Part shown: piece after piece, positions 54,109 through 62,301 of the stretch
Position numbering within the stretch: position 1 is the stretch's first letter
How the letters are laid out: each line of letters starts with the position of its first letter
Assembly (NCBI GenBank): GCA_038214755.1
Contig: JBBQRQ010000002.1
Location: forward strand, 1-64,000
From: Verrucomicrobiota bacterium
GTDB lineage: Bacteria > Verrucomicrobiota > Verrucomicrobiia > Limisphaerales > CANJXF01
DNA: 64,000 nucleotides
Reading direction: 5' to 3'
Notes under the pieces: model-generated
Database searches by the model: none
Seen by the model: the letters and a program-made list of their open reading frames with translations, nothing else
What the model was told of the DNA's origin: nothing
Translations under genes and position numbers: made by a program

Positions 54109-55147
54109 ACAAATGTTCCCCCGCCATCACGTCAGTTTCTTTTAATGCGAGTGCGAATGGTTCCAATGGCATTGGCTCATCGTGCTCTAAAAACTTTTTG
54201 CAGAGTTGGAAAAAATCGCGCTCCGTGGTCACGCGGCGAATCGCGTGGAGAAATTCTCCGGTTGGCTCGATTCCCATGCCGATGTAGTTCATGTATTTTT
54301 TCATTTTCTGGACGTGCGCGTTCTCGCTGATTTGCGGCGGACGAACCGTTTCAAATAAGTCGCGCAAATAATTTAGAACCTCAAAACCTTTCGGAACAAA
54401 CAGCGCTTCGCCCTTTTGCTGTTGCCGAATTTGTCGAAACAACCACGGATTGCGAATTGCCCCCCGCCCAATCATCAGACCGCGCGCGCCGGTGTTTTTT
54501 AAAACTTCATCCGCCTTTTTTGCGGAATAAATATTTCCATTCGCGAGCACCGGGAATGGCAGTTCTGCCACGGCGCGCGCGATAAAATCGTAATGCACTT
54601 CGCTGCGATACATTTCCTTCACCGTGCGTCCATGCACCGTCAGCAAATCAATTTTGTGTTTCGCAAAAATCGGGAGCAACTCGTCGAACACGTCGGATGA
54701 ATCAAATCCGAGCCGTGTCTTGACCGTGAACTTGATGGAAATCGCCTCGCGCAATGCGCCGAGAATTGAATCGACTTTTTGTGGTTCGCGCAACAAACCG
54801 CCGCCCGCGCATTTCCGATAAACCACTGGCGCGGGACAACCGAGATTCAAATCAATCGCCGCGATGGGATATTGCTGGAGTTCTTTCACCGTGCGAATGA
54901 GCGACGGAATATCATTGCCAATCATTTGTGCTACGACCGGTTTGCCCGTGGGATTTCTTGTGATCGATTCGAGAATCCATTTCTCAAGATTGGAAGTTGG
55001 ATGAACGCGAAAATATTCTGTGTAATAAACATCCGCGCCACCATAGCGCGTCATCAATTTCCAGAACGGCAAATCGGTCACGTCCTGCATCGGCGCGAGC
55101 GCGAGGATCGGCGCGGGATTTTTTAGAATGGAATCGAAATTATTCAT
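54107..55147 (-). CDS. dus: tRNA-dihydrouridine synthase family
   Basis: LAPMQDVTD, DLNLGCP, GGGLL, TVHGRT, ANGNI, MIGRGA..NPWLF. Confidence 0.92.
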   Translation of the reverse strand: MNNFDSILKNPAPILALAPMQDVTDLPFWKLMTRYGGADVYYTEYFRVHPTSNLEKWILESITRNPTGKPVVAQMIGNDIPSLIRTVKELQQYPIAAIDLNLGCPAPVVYRKCAGGGLLREPQKVDSILGALREAISIKFTVKTRLGFDSSDVFDELLPIFAKHKIDLLTVHGRTVKEMYRSEVHYDFIARAVAELPFPVLANGNIYSAKKADEVLKNTGARGLMIGRGAIRNPWLFRQIRQQQKGEALFVPKGFEVLNYLRDLFETVRPPQISENAHVQKMKKYMNYIGMGIEPTGEFLHAIRRVTTERDFFQLCKKFLEHDEPMPLEPFALALKETDVMAGEHL

Positions 55148-55160
55148 CGGGATTTCTTAA

Positions 55161-55263
55161 ACTGGACTCTGGAAGAGTCCGCAACCTGCACGCAAGATGC
55201 GTGCGCTACGTTGGTAGCGCAGGCTTCCCAGCCTGCAGGTTGCGGGGGCTTCCAGCCGCCAGT
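55161..55263. repeat. Back-to-back GTAG REP pair
   Basis: ...gcaacctgcacgcaagatgcgtgcgctac gttg gtagcgcaggcttcccagcctgcaggttgc... Confidence 0.72.
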
Positions 55264-55276
55264 GAAAAAAAGTTTC

Positions 55277-56140
55277 TCAGAATTGCGGATGACTTTGCAA
55301 CTTCTCCCACGTTTCCTCCGACAATGGCGCTTGCCGATAAATCGCTGTCCGCATTGGTTCAGCGCTAGTCGAATTTCGCACCCGCTCCAGCCATTTTTTT
55401 TCAAGTGGTTCTTCAATCAATTCCATTGTGTTCGCGGCAATCGTGGTTTCTTCTTTTTCGCCAGTGGCGTGACCGACACCGACAAAAAATCCGGCGAGCA
55501 GTAAAGTCACTCGCAACATGGTCGCGCGCGAATACGTCGGCATCGCGCACGGTTTTTGTGGATCGAGCAGACGAAATAAATTTGTGAAAAGCGGCAGTGT
55601 CCACATCGCCGGATTTTTCGCGGGAGAAAAAGCGTCGAACAAAATCGCGTGGGGCGCGGGGAAAGAGCGAGTGGGTAAGTGAGAAAGTGCGCGGGTGAGA
55701 AGCGAAGGAAAATTGGCGAGATGAAATTCCCAGATCACGAGTTGTTTTTCATTGCTGAAATTAATTCGTCCATGCTCGATCAATGCTCTCACCTTCGTCT
55801 CATAATCGGCAAGGTAGCCGAGGTCTTCCGCATGATTCATCGCAAATTCCAGAGGAGAAAGGGTGTAATCAAAACTCACAATCCGAACCGTCGATGGAAC
55901 ATTTTTTGTTTCGCGTAAAACGGTCAGCACATTCGCCGCCGCACCGAGGCCAACGTCCCAAATGACAAATTCGCCGATGTGTTTCGCGAGGCGTTCGCGT
56001 AATTGGAGTTGCCTGACGTAAAGCGCTTCAGCTTCGGCGACCGGGCCGATGACGGGATGAAACGTTTCCCGTTCAGCGAGCGAATGGATGCTGTAAGTTC
56101 CATTCGCCAGTTGCACGATCTTGTAGTCGCCAGATTGCAC
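55277..56140 (-). CDS. MnmD/MnmC N-terminal-like SAM-dependent tRNA methyltransferase
   Basis: ETFHP..G...EA..LY, DVGLGAAAN, FDAFSP.KNP.MW, TYS. Confidence 0.75.
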   Translation of the reverse strand: MQSGDYKIVQLANGTYSIHSLAERETFHPVIGPVAEAEALYVRQLQLRERLAKHIGEFVIWDVGLGAAANVLTVLRETKNVPSTVRIVSFDYTLSPLEFAMNHAEDLGYLADYETKVRALIEHGRINFSNEKQLVIWEFHLANFPSLLTRALSHLPTRSFPAPHAILFDAFSPAKNPAMWTLPLFTNLFRLLDPQKPCAMPTYSRATMLRVTLLLAGFFVGVGHATGEKEETTIAANTMELIEEPLEKKWLERVRNSTSAEPMRTAIYRQAPLSEETWEKLQSHPQF

Positions 56141-56194
56141 CGCCAATTCTTGCCACAAAAAAAAGAAAAAAACACAGAGAGGAAAACGAAAGCC

Positions 56195-56263
56195 GGGTAG
56201 CATCGGCCTCCGGCGGGTGCGAAGTGACGATGATTTTTTCGCACCCGCCGGAGGCCGATGCTA
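56195..56263. repeat. GGGTAGCATC REP doublet
   Basis: gggtagcatcggcctccggcgggtgcgaa ... ttcgcacccgccggaggccgatgctac. Confidence 0.85.
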
Positions 56264-56319
56264 CTCCACGCCTGGTTATTTTCTTTGTGCCTTTGTGCCT
56301 CAGTGGTAAAAACTCCGGG

Positions 56320-56799
56320 ATGGATCCGCTCTTAAAACTTTTGCATGACAACGCCGCGCTCAAACCGGCGCAACTCGCGTCGATGTTGAATCAGTCCGAA
56401 GCCGAAGTGGCCGCAAAAATAAAAACGTATGAAGCCGACCACGTCATTCTCGGCTACCGCACGGTTTTGAATGAAGAAAAAATTGGCGTGGACATCGTGC
56501 GCGCTGTGATCGAAGTGAAAATTACGCCCGAACGCGGTGGCGGTTTCGATCGGCTGGCAGAGCGCATCGCAAAATATTCCGAAGTTCGTTCCTGTTATTT
56601 GATGTCTGGCGGCTACGATTTACTCGTCATCGTTGAAGGCAATAACCTTCGCGAAGTGGCGGCGTTCGTCTCCGAAAAGCTGGCGACCATTCAAGGCGTC
56701 GTTTCGACGGCCACGCATTTCATGCTTAAGCCTTACAAAGAGCAGGGTGTCCTGATGCAGCGCGAAAAGAATGAGGAACGGCTGGCGATTTCGCCGTGA
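56320..56799 (+). CDS. Lrp/AsnC family transcriptional regulator
   Basis: N-terminal HTH; EV.SCYLMSGGYDL; GV.STATHF. Confidence 0.92.
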   Translation: MDPLLKLLHDNAALKPAQLASMLNQSEAEVAAKIKTYEADHVILGYRTVLNEEKIGVDIVRAVIEVKITPERGGGFDRLAERIAKYSEVRSCYLMSGGYDLLVIVEGNNLREVAAFVSEKLATIQGVVSTATHFMLKPYKEQGVLMQREKNEERLAISP

Positions 56800-56889
56800 G
56801 GGGAGCGGGGCCAACTGCCGGTGGGTAAGAAATATCTCGTGTTGAGGAATATTCCGACCCGTCAAATTCACCAGCAAACTGGCGCGAAA

Positions 56890-58014
56890 TCAAATCAGCT
56901 TCTTGTACCTTTTATCTTCGGACATTTTTTTCACCAGCTCTTTGACTTTTTGCGCCTGACTTTTGTGCGCGAGCAAAACGGCGTCGTCGGTTTGCACCAG
57001 GATTGAATCGCGCAAACCGACCACCGCTATCGGCGTGCGATTTTTGGTGCGCGCGTCGAAAATAATATTTCGCGCAGCATCGACGTGGATAAAATCGCCC
57101 ACGGCGCAGTTGCCTTCCGCATCGGATTTCAAGTGGCGGGCGAGGGCGTTCCAGGAACCGAGGTCGTCCCACTCAAAACTGCCATCGGCGACGACGACGT
57201 TTTGCGCCTGCTCCATCAGCGCGAAGTCGATGGAGATTTTTTTTATTTCGGGATATTCCTTCGCCAAAACTTTTTCGAGTTTCGGTGTCCCCGCCGCTTT
57301 GAACCAACGTTGACACGCCTCCGCCATTTCAGGCTGATGTTTTTCCAGACCTTGCGTGATGGTGACGAACGACCAGATAAACATCCCGGCGTTCCAGCGA
57401 TAATTTCCGCTGTTCACATATTCGACGGCGCGGTCGTGATACGGTTTCTCGACGAACTGTTCCGCTTTGAAAAAAGTTGTCTTGTAAGGTTTGACTCCGC
57501 TCGGAGGCGGCAATGCGTTGCCCGTCCGAATGTAGCCGTAACCGGTCGCAGGTTCGGTCGGTTTGATTCCAAGCGTGACGATGACTCGTCCGCGACTGGC
57601 GAGATCAAAAGCATCGGCGAGAACCTGCTGAAATTTTTTCTCATCGGGAATGACGTGATCGGCGGGCAAGACGGCCATGACCGCATTCGTCGAACGTTGT
57701 CCAACCATCGCCGCGCCGAGCGTGACTGCGGCGCAAGTGTCGCGGCCAATCGGCTCACCAATGACATTTTCTTTTGGCAATTTGGGAATCTGTTTTCGCA
57801 CGGCATCCGCCTGCACCGTGTTGGTGATGATGAAAATATTTTTGAGCGGCACGAGCGGCAAAACACGTTCGACCGCCTGTTGTAAAAAAGATTTTCCGCC
57901 GAACAAGGTGATGAGTTGCTTCGGCATTTTCTCGCGGCTCACCGGCCAGAAACGTTCGCCTTTTCCACCGGCCATGATGATGACGAAACGATTTTTAGTG
58001 TCCTTTGAAGTCAT
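56890..58014 (-). CDS. manC: Mannose-1-phosphate guanylyltransferase
   Basis: IMAGGKGERFWP.SR...PKQ, EP.GRDT, PADH, TGYGYI, FVEKP, WNAGMF, WDDLGSW. Confidence 0.94.
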   Translation of the reverse strand: MTSKDTKNRFVIIMAGGKGERFWPVSREKMPKQLITLFGGKSFLQQAVERVLPLVPLKNIFIITNTVQADAVRKQIPKLPKENVIGEPIGRDTCAAVTLGAAMVGQRSTNAVMAVLPADHVIPDEKKFQQVLADAFDLASRGRVIVTLGIKPTEPATGYGYIRTGNALPPPSGVKPYKTTFFKAEQFVEKPYHDRAVEYVNSGNYRWNAGMFIWSFVTITQGLEKHQPEMAEACQRWFKAAGTPKLEKVLAKEYPEIKKISIDFALMEQAQNVVVADGSFEWDDLGSWNALARHLKSDAEGNCAVGDFIHVDAARNIIFDARTKNRTPIAVVGLRDSILVQTDDAVLLAHKSQAQKVKELVKKMSEDKRYKKLI

Positions 58015-58259
58015 AAAGTTTTTTGCGTTGCAAAGTGGTCGGGGCTTTTAAACAACATCATAGCGAGACGAAATTAAAGGTTTTGTCGGGAAGCGCGTCT
58101 CAGCATTGCCCAACCTTACTACTGCGGGCCTTGGCACTTTGACTCTTACTTGCTCGCTCAGGAAATGAATCTAAGTGAACCGCTTGCGAGGTCAAAACAA
58201 AGATATCCGGACGGTGCGGAACTTGACCCCTCGAAGCAAGGCGGGCAAGGTAGCGAGGC

Positions 58260-58502
58260 TTGAGACGGCCCACGAAATTCCATGATACGGCTCACGCAGA
58301 AAAACGGAGAGGGGAGCGCGGGTTGTCAGTGGTGGGAATGCAGGAGGTTGTTTGCCAGGCCGACCGCTGGATCCAGCATCGGCGTGGCGAGCATGGCGGA
58401 TTTGTTTATGAATTTATTCAACGGCGCGGCGACATCACCGTGACCGTAATCGCCGAAATAAAAAAATTAGACTGTTGGCTCATTACCGGCTGGAGCGAGT
58501 GA
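58260..58502 (+). CDS. DUF4258-like (RelE-fold) toxin candidate
   Basis: TAHAEKRRGERG.S...V..V ... LITGW; directly upstream of DUF2283; start uncertain. Confidence 0.55.
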   Translation: MRRPTKFHDTAHAEKRRGERGLSVVGMQEVVCQADRWIQHRRGEHGGFVYEFIQRRGDITVTVIAEIKKLDCWLITGWSE

Positions 58503-58503
58503 T

Positions 58504-58818
58504 ATGAAAACCCATCACACCGAAATCATCGTAGTGAAGTGCAAGACACCGCCAACGGTCGAGATAGATACCGAGGCCTCGGCTGCTTACGTGCGCTTCA
58601 AGCGCGCGAGGGTCGCCAGGACAGAGCGGCATCGTGTGAAATGGCCAATCGTTACGCTCGACTTCGACAGTCATGGTGAAGTTATCGGGATCGAGTTCGT
58701 CGGAGTCAAAAAATTTAATTTGGGCTGGCTGCTCAAACAAGTGCCGCTCAAAGCGTCGTCCCGCGCTATTGACAAGGCCAATTACGTTTCAGCGGAAGCG
58801 AATGGCGTCGCAGCTTGA
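58504..58818 (+). CDS. DUF2283 family protein
   Basis: DTEASAAYVRF...VART...TLDFDSHGEVIGIEF. Confidence 0.75.
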   Translation: MKTHHTEIIVVKCKTPPTVEIDTEASAAYVRFKRARVARTERHRVKWPIVTLDFDSHGEVIGIEFVGVKKFNLGWLLKQVPLKASSRAIDKANYVSAEANGVAA

Positions 58819-58838
58819 AGAAAGATTTAGATATTCCT

Positions 58839-59033
58839 TCACTTTGCTAGACTATTGACTCGAAAGGCTTCTGGATTTTCGCTTAGGCGGCCGTGTGGCG
58901 TTCCTAAAGTGTAAGCTTCGAAACAAGCTTCACAAAATTTCCGGATAGAATCCGCGGGGCGCGCAACCGAAACCGCTACTCGCTTAACGGCTTCGTTGTC
59001 GCAGAACTGGTTGTCGCAAAATGTTGTTTTCAT
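58839..59033 (-). CDS. Small Cys-rich (putative Zn-binding) hypothetical protein
   Basis: CDNQFC ... CEAC; upstream AGAAGG SD-like. Confidence 0.45.
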   Translation of the reverse strand: MKTTFCDNQFCDNEAVKRVAVSVARPADSIRKFCEACFEAYTLGTPHGRLSENPEAFRVNSLAK

Positions 59034-59098
59034 TTTTTCCTTCTACGTAAATATCCCTTTCAGCAATTTTTCGAGCCGCGCTGGAGTCACCCTCGAAG

Positions 59099-59413
59099 TC
59101 AGGTAATTCGGATTTCATAAGAGACCAGCCAAATATCGAGTTGCCGGAATCGTTGTTTCAAAGTGGATTTGAAGTTCGCGAAGAATTCAGCGTTTTCCGG
59201 CGTGTCCTCCACGTCCACGAAGAAGCGGACATTTTCCTCTTCGTAACGCTTTGCTTCGTGATGCCAGATGCCGCGAAGGATTTCCGGTTGCCAGGTGATT
59301 GCCCCAAATCGTGCGACGATTTCTTCCGCCGTTTCCCAATATTTCGACGGCTCGATTGGAGCACCGTCGTTATACCGAGTGGGCAAGGTTATCTCGTAGC
59401 GCCTGAACGACAT
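59099..59413 (-). CDS. Hypothetical protein (RRYEITLPTRYNDG family)
   Basis: 104-aa ORF ending F...LKQRFRQLDIWLVSY.I. Confidence 0.7.
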   Translation of the reverse strand: MSFRRYEITLPTRYNDGAPIEPSKYWETAEEIVARFGAITWQPEILRGIWHHEAKRYEEENVRFFVDVEDTPENAEFFANFKSTLKQRFRQLDIWLVSYEIRIT

Positions 59414-59597
59414 CGTCCTGATGGAGTGTTTGCTGAAGTGTGTAGGACAAATCTTGAGAGTCCAGCCATTCGAGCGCCGCCGCAGGAACGATGAACACCT
59501 GGTCACGCAGGACTGTGACGCGGCCGCGCTGCATCATTCCCCGCAACGCGCGAGCACAGTCATCGGAGGATTCGATTCTGATTTTGGCAAACTTCAT
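59370..59597 (-). CDS. Small hypothetical protein, partner of 59099-59413
   Basis: 75 aa; overlaps the downstream gene; follows trpA. Confidence 0.55.
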   Translation of the reverse strand: MKFAKIRIESSDDCARALRGMMQRGRVTVLRDQVFIVPAAALEWLDSQDLSYTLQQTLHQDDVVQALRDNLAHSV

Positions 59598-59637
59598 CGC
59601 GCGAATTAAAGTAGTTATGCCGAAGTAAGCGGTCAAA

Positions 59638-60435
59638 CTATGATTTAATCGCAAGCCCAAGCGACTTCACGAATTCACTGACGCGCTTCACAAGCTCCGG
59701 CGATTTTTCATGCTCCGCAATTTGATTCACGATTGCGCTGCCCACGACCACCGCATCGCCGTAGGTCGCAATCGTCTTCGCCTGCTCCGGCGTTGAAACA
59801 CCGAACCCGATGGCAATCGGCAGGTTCGTGTGCGCGCGGATCTTCGCTGTCATCGACGAAATGGTGTCGGAAATTTTTTGCTGCATTCCGGTGACACCTT
59901 CGCGCGAGACGTAATAAATAAATCCAGTGCCGCGTTTGACGATGAGTTCGATTCGATCATCGGGCGTCGTCGGAGCAACGAGATAAATTACGCAGAGGCG
60001 AGCATCGGCCATGAGCGTTTCGTAATTTTCAGATTCTTCGGGCGGCAAATCCAGAACCAGCAAACCATCCACACCCGATTGCGCGGCGTCTTGAATAAAT
60101 TTTTTCAATCCGTAGCGATGTATCAGATTGAAATAAATGTAGAGCACGATGGGAATTTGCGATTCACGACGAATGGTCGCGACCGTGTCCAAAACTTTCG
60201 CTGGCGTTGTGCCAGAGGCCAGTCCGCGTTGCGCTGCCAGTTGATTGACCAATCCATCGGCCAGCGGATCGCTGAAGGGAACGCCGAGTTCGAGAATATC
60301 CACGCCCGCTTTTTCGAAAGCCAAAGCAAGTTCCCGCGTCGATTTTAAATCCGGATCACCCGCGCCGATGTAAACGATGAAGCCTTTTTGCGAATTTTTT
60401 TTGAGTTGGGCGAAGCGTTCGCTGATGCGGTTCAT
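59638..60435 (-). CDS. trpA: Tryptophan synthase alpha chain
   Basis: AGDP, ELGVPFSDPLADG, DLPPEE, LVAPTT, SREGVTG, GFGVS, VVGSA. Confidence 0.97.
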   Translation of the reverse strand: MNRISERFAQLKKNSQKGFIVYIGAGDPDLKSTRELALAFEKAGVDILELGVPFSDPLADGLVNQLAAQRGLASGTTPAKVLDTVATIRRESQIPIVLYIYFNLIHRYGLKKFIQDAAQSGVDGLLVLDLPPEESENYETLMADARLCVIYLVAPTTPDDRIELIVKRGTGFIYYVSREGVTGMQQKISDTISSMTAKIRAHTNLPIAIGFGVSTPEQAKTIATYGDAVVVGSAIVNQIAEHEKSPELVKRVSEFVKSLGLAIKS

Positions 60436-60478
60436 TGGCAAACGAGGATGCGGACAAATAATGTTGGAGTTCAAGCTC

Positions 60479-60615
60479 CGGGTAGCATCTGCCTCCGGCG
60501 GGTGCGAGGCATCTTCACTTCATCCGCCATGCATCCAAACTATCCACCAATCCAATCATCCAACCATTCAATCTCGGATTGTGAACTCGCACCCGCCGGA
60601 GGCAGATGCTACCCG
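60479..60615. repeat. GGGTAGCATC REP doublet with octamer repeats in its spacer; its GTAG provides the dop stop codon
   Basis: cgggtagcatctgcctccggcgggtgcgag ...(catccaaa/tatccacc/aatccaat/catccaac/cattcaat)... ctcgcacccgccggaggcagatgctacccg. Confidence 0.85.
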
Positions 60616-62117
60616 ACCGCCAGCACGCGCAAATCTTCCGGCGTTTGAGCGCGGTCGATGATCTGCGCGTAATGTGAAATTTGCATGGGAGAAAATAAAT
60701 CCAGCAGAGAAATTTTTATCGGCCCCAACTCTCCCGTGAGCGTCACGTGATCCCATTGCGCGGAAATAATCGCATCGCAAAATTTTTGCACGCACTTGCC
60801 GCGAATCAACGCGCGCGTGGTCAAGGGCGGACCGCAAATCGCCGCGCGCACCGCTCCCTCGGCCGGCACATTTTCAAAAGCGCCGGATTGTTCCAAGCCG
60901 AAATAGAGTCCTTCGTTTCGGTCGAGCCGGTGATATTCCAAGTCGAGACTTTGCAGCCACGGATCGTCGTCCCCTACATTTTGCGCGGCTTGAAATTCAC
61001 GGATGAGCGCAAGTTTCGCCACCCAGTCGAGCCGGTTTCGACAGCGGAGATAATCCGTTTCCAAATCGTCGAGCACCGTTTCCCAATGGGCGACCACTTG
61101 CGCTTTGGACGAATCGGACAAATCGCAAACTTCCCGGACCGCTTGCAAATATTTTCGCTGAACTTCGACGGCGGTGGACCTTTGCGAATTTTGCAAAATC
61201 AGTTCCCAACGACATTTCGGGTCGCGCGAAATGGCCGGCAGCGCGCCGAGCGGGTCGCTCAAAATTGGATAAACTCGCTGCGGAAATCGCGTCAACGCCT
61301 CCAGCACGAGCGCCGTGGTGCCGACTTTCAACCGCGTGGCAAAGGGCGACATGTTCGCGTCGCCGATGATGACGTGAAACCGCCGATACAAATTAGGATT
61401 GGCGTGCGGTTCGTCTCGAGTGTTGACGAGCGGACGCCGCTGCATCGTGTCCACACTTTGCAGTTCGCTGAAAAAATCGCTGCGTTGAGCAATCTGAAAT
61501 CCGGGCGAAACAAATTTGTCCTCGGCCTCGATGGCAAATTTCCCCGCGCCCGCGAAAATTTGCCGCGTGACCAAAAAAGCCTGGATGCTTTGCGCGAGTT
61601 TTTCCCAGGGCAAGGAGCGCGGCAGTAAATAATTTTCATGGCAACCGTAACTGTGTCCGCGAAAGTCGGTGTTGTTTTTGTAGAGGCGGACCGTCTCGCC
61701 GCGTTGCTCAGAAAGCTTGCGCGCGCAGCGCATCAAAATTCTTTCGCCGGCCCGATCTTGCGCGACGAGTTCATCGAGCGTGCTGCATTCCGGCGTGCAA
61801 TATTCGGGATGAGCGTGGTCATTGTAAAAGCGCGCGCCGTTGCCGAGGATGAGGTCGCTTTTTATTTCGACGAAAGTCAATTCGCGTTGCGCGTCCTGGG
61901 CAAAATAATTTGCTTCATCCGTATCCTGCCGAAGTTCCTCGACGTGAAAACCGCGCATGTCGGCATGTGGATCTTCGCTTTCATAATCCCAGCGCATCCA
62001 GACGCCGGGTTCCGTCGCGCTGCGCACCAGCGCGATGGATTCGGCGACGACGTCGAGTTGCTCCACGTTGTCTCGCGCGATGCCGAATTCTGTTTCGATG
62101 CCGAATTGGATGTTCAT
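60609..62117 (-). CDS. dop: Depupylase/deamidase Dop (PafA/Dop family)
   Basis: GIETEFGI, Dop-loop WDYESEDP..D.RGF, NGARFYNDHAHPEY, KNNTD..G.SYGCHENY, NTRDEPHA, RRFHVIIGDAN. Confidence 0.88.
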   Translation of the reverse strand: MNIQFGIETEFGIARDNVEQLDVVAESIALVRSATEPGVWMRWDYESEDPHADMRGFHVEELRQDTDEANYFAQDAQRELTFVEIKSDLILGNGARFYNDHAHPEYCTPECSTLDELVAQDRAGERILMRCARKLSEQRGETVRLYKNNTDFRGHSYGCHENYLLPRSLPWEKLAQSIQAFLVTRQIFAGAGKFAIEAEDKFVSPGFQIAQRSDFFSELQSVDTMQRRPLVNTRDEPHANPNLYRRFHVIIGDANMSPFATRLKVGTTALVLEALTRFPQRVYPILSDPLGALPAISRDPKCRWELILQNSQRSTAVEVQRKYLQAVREVCDLSDSSKAQVVAHWETVLDDLETDYLRCRNRLDWVAKLALIREFQAAQNVGDDDPWLQSLDLEYHRLDRNEGLYFGLEQSGAFENVPAEGAVRAAICGPPLTTRALIRGKCVQKFCDAIISAQWDHVTLTGELGPIKISLLDLFSPMQISHYAQIIDRAQTPEDLRVLAVG

Positions 62118-62129
62118 TTCAGATTTGAA

Positions 62130-62286
62130 GGGTAGCACAGGCCACTGGCCTGTTCCGTCCGGCGACCCAACGGACGGAATGGTGAGAATGTCACACTGTC
62201 TAAAAAGATTTTTTTGTTCCGCGACGCCCTTCCCATTCCGCTCGGCGGGGTCGCCGAGCGGGACGGGCGAGTCGCCCGTGCTACCC
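62130..62286. repeat. GTAG REP doublet between arc and dop
   Basis: gggtagcacaggccactggcctgttccg ... cgggacgggcgagtcgcccgtgctaccc. Confidence 0.8.
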
Positions 62287-62301
62287 GTTAATTCGGCGAC
62301 G

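Noticed and set aside
60436..60608. pup/ubact gene downstream of dop
   Set aside because: Only a short REP-derived ORF; no acidic disordered protein ending GGE/GGQ/GE
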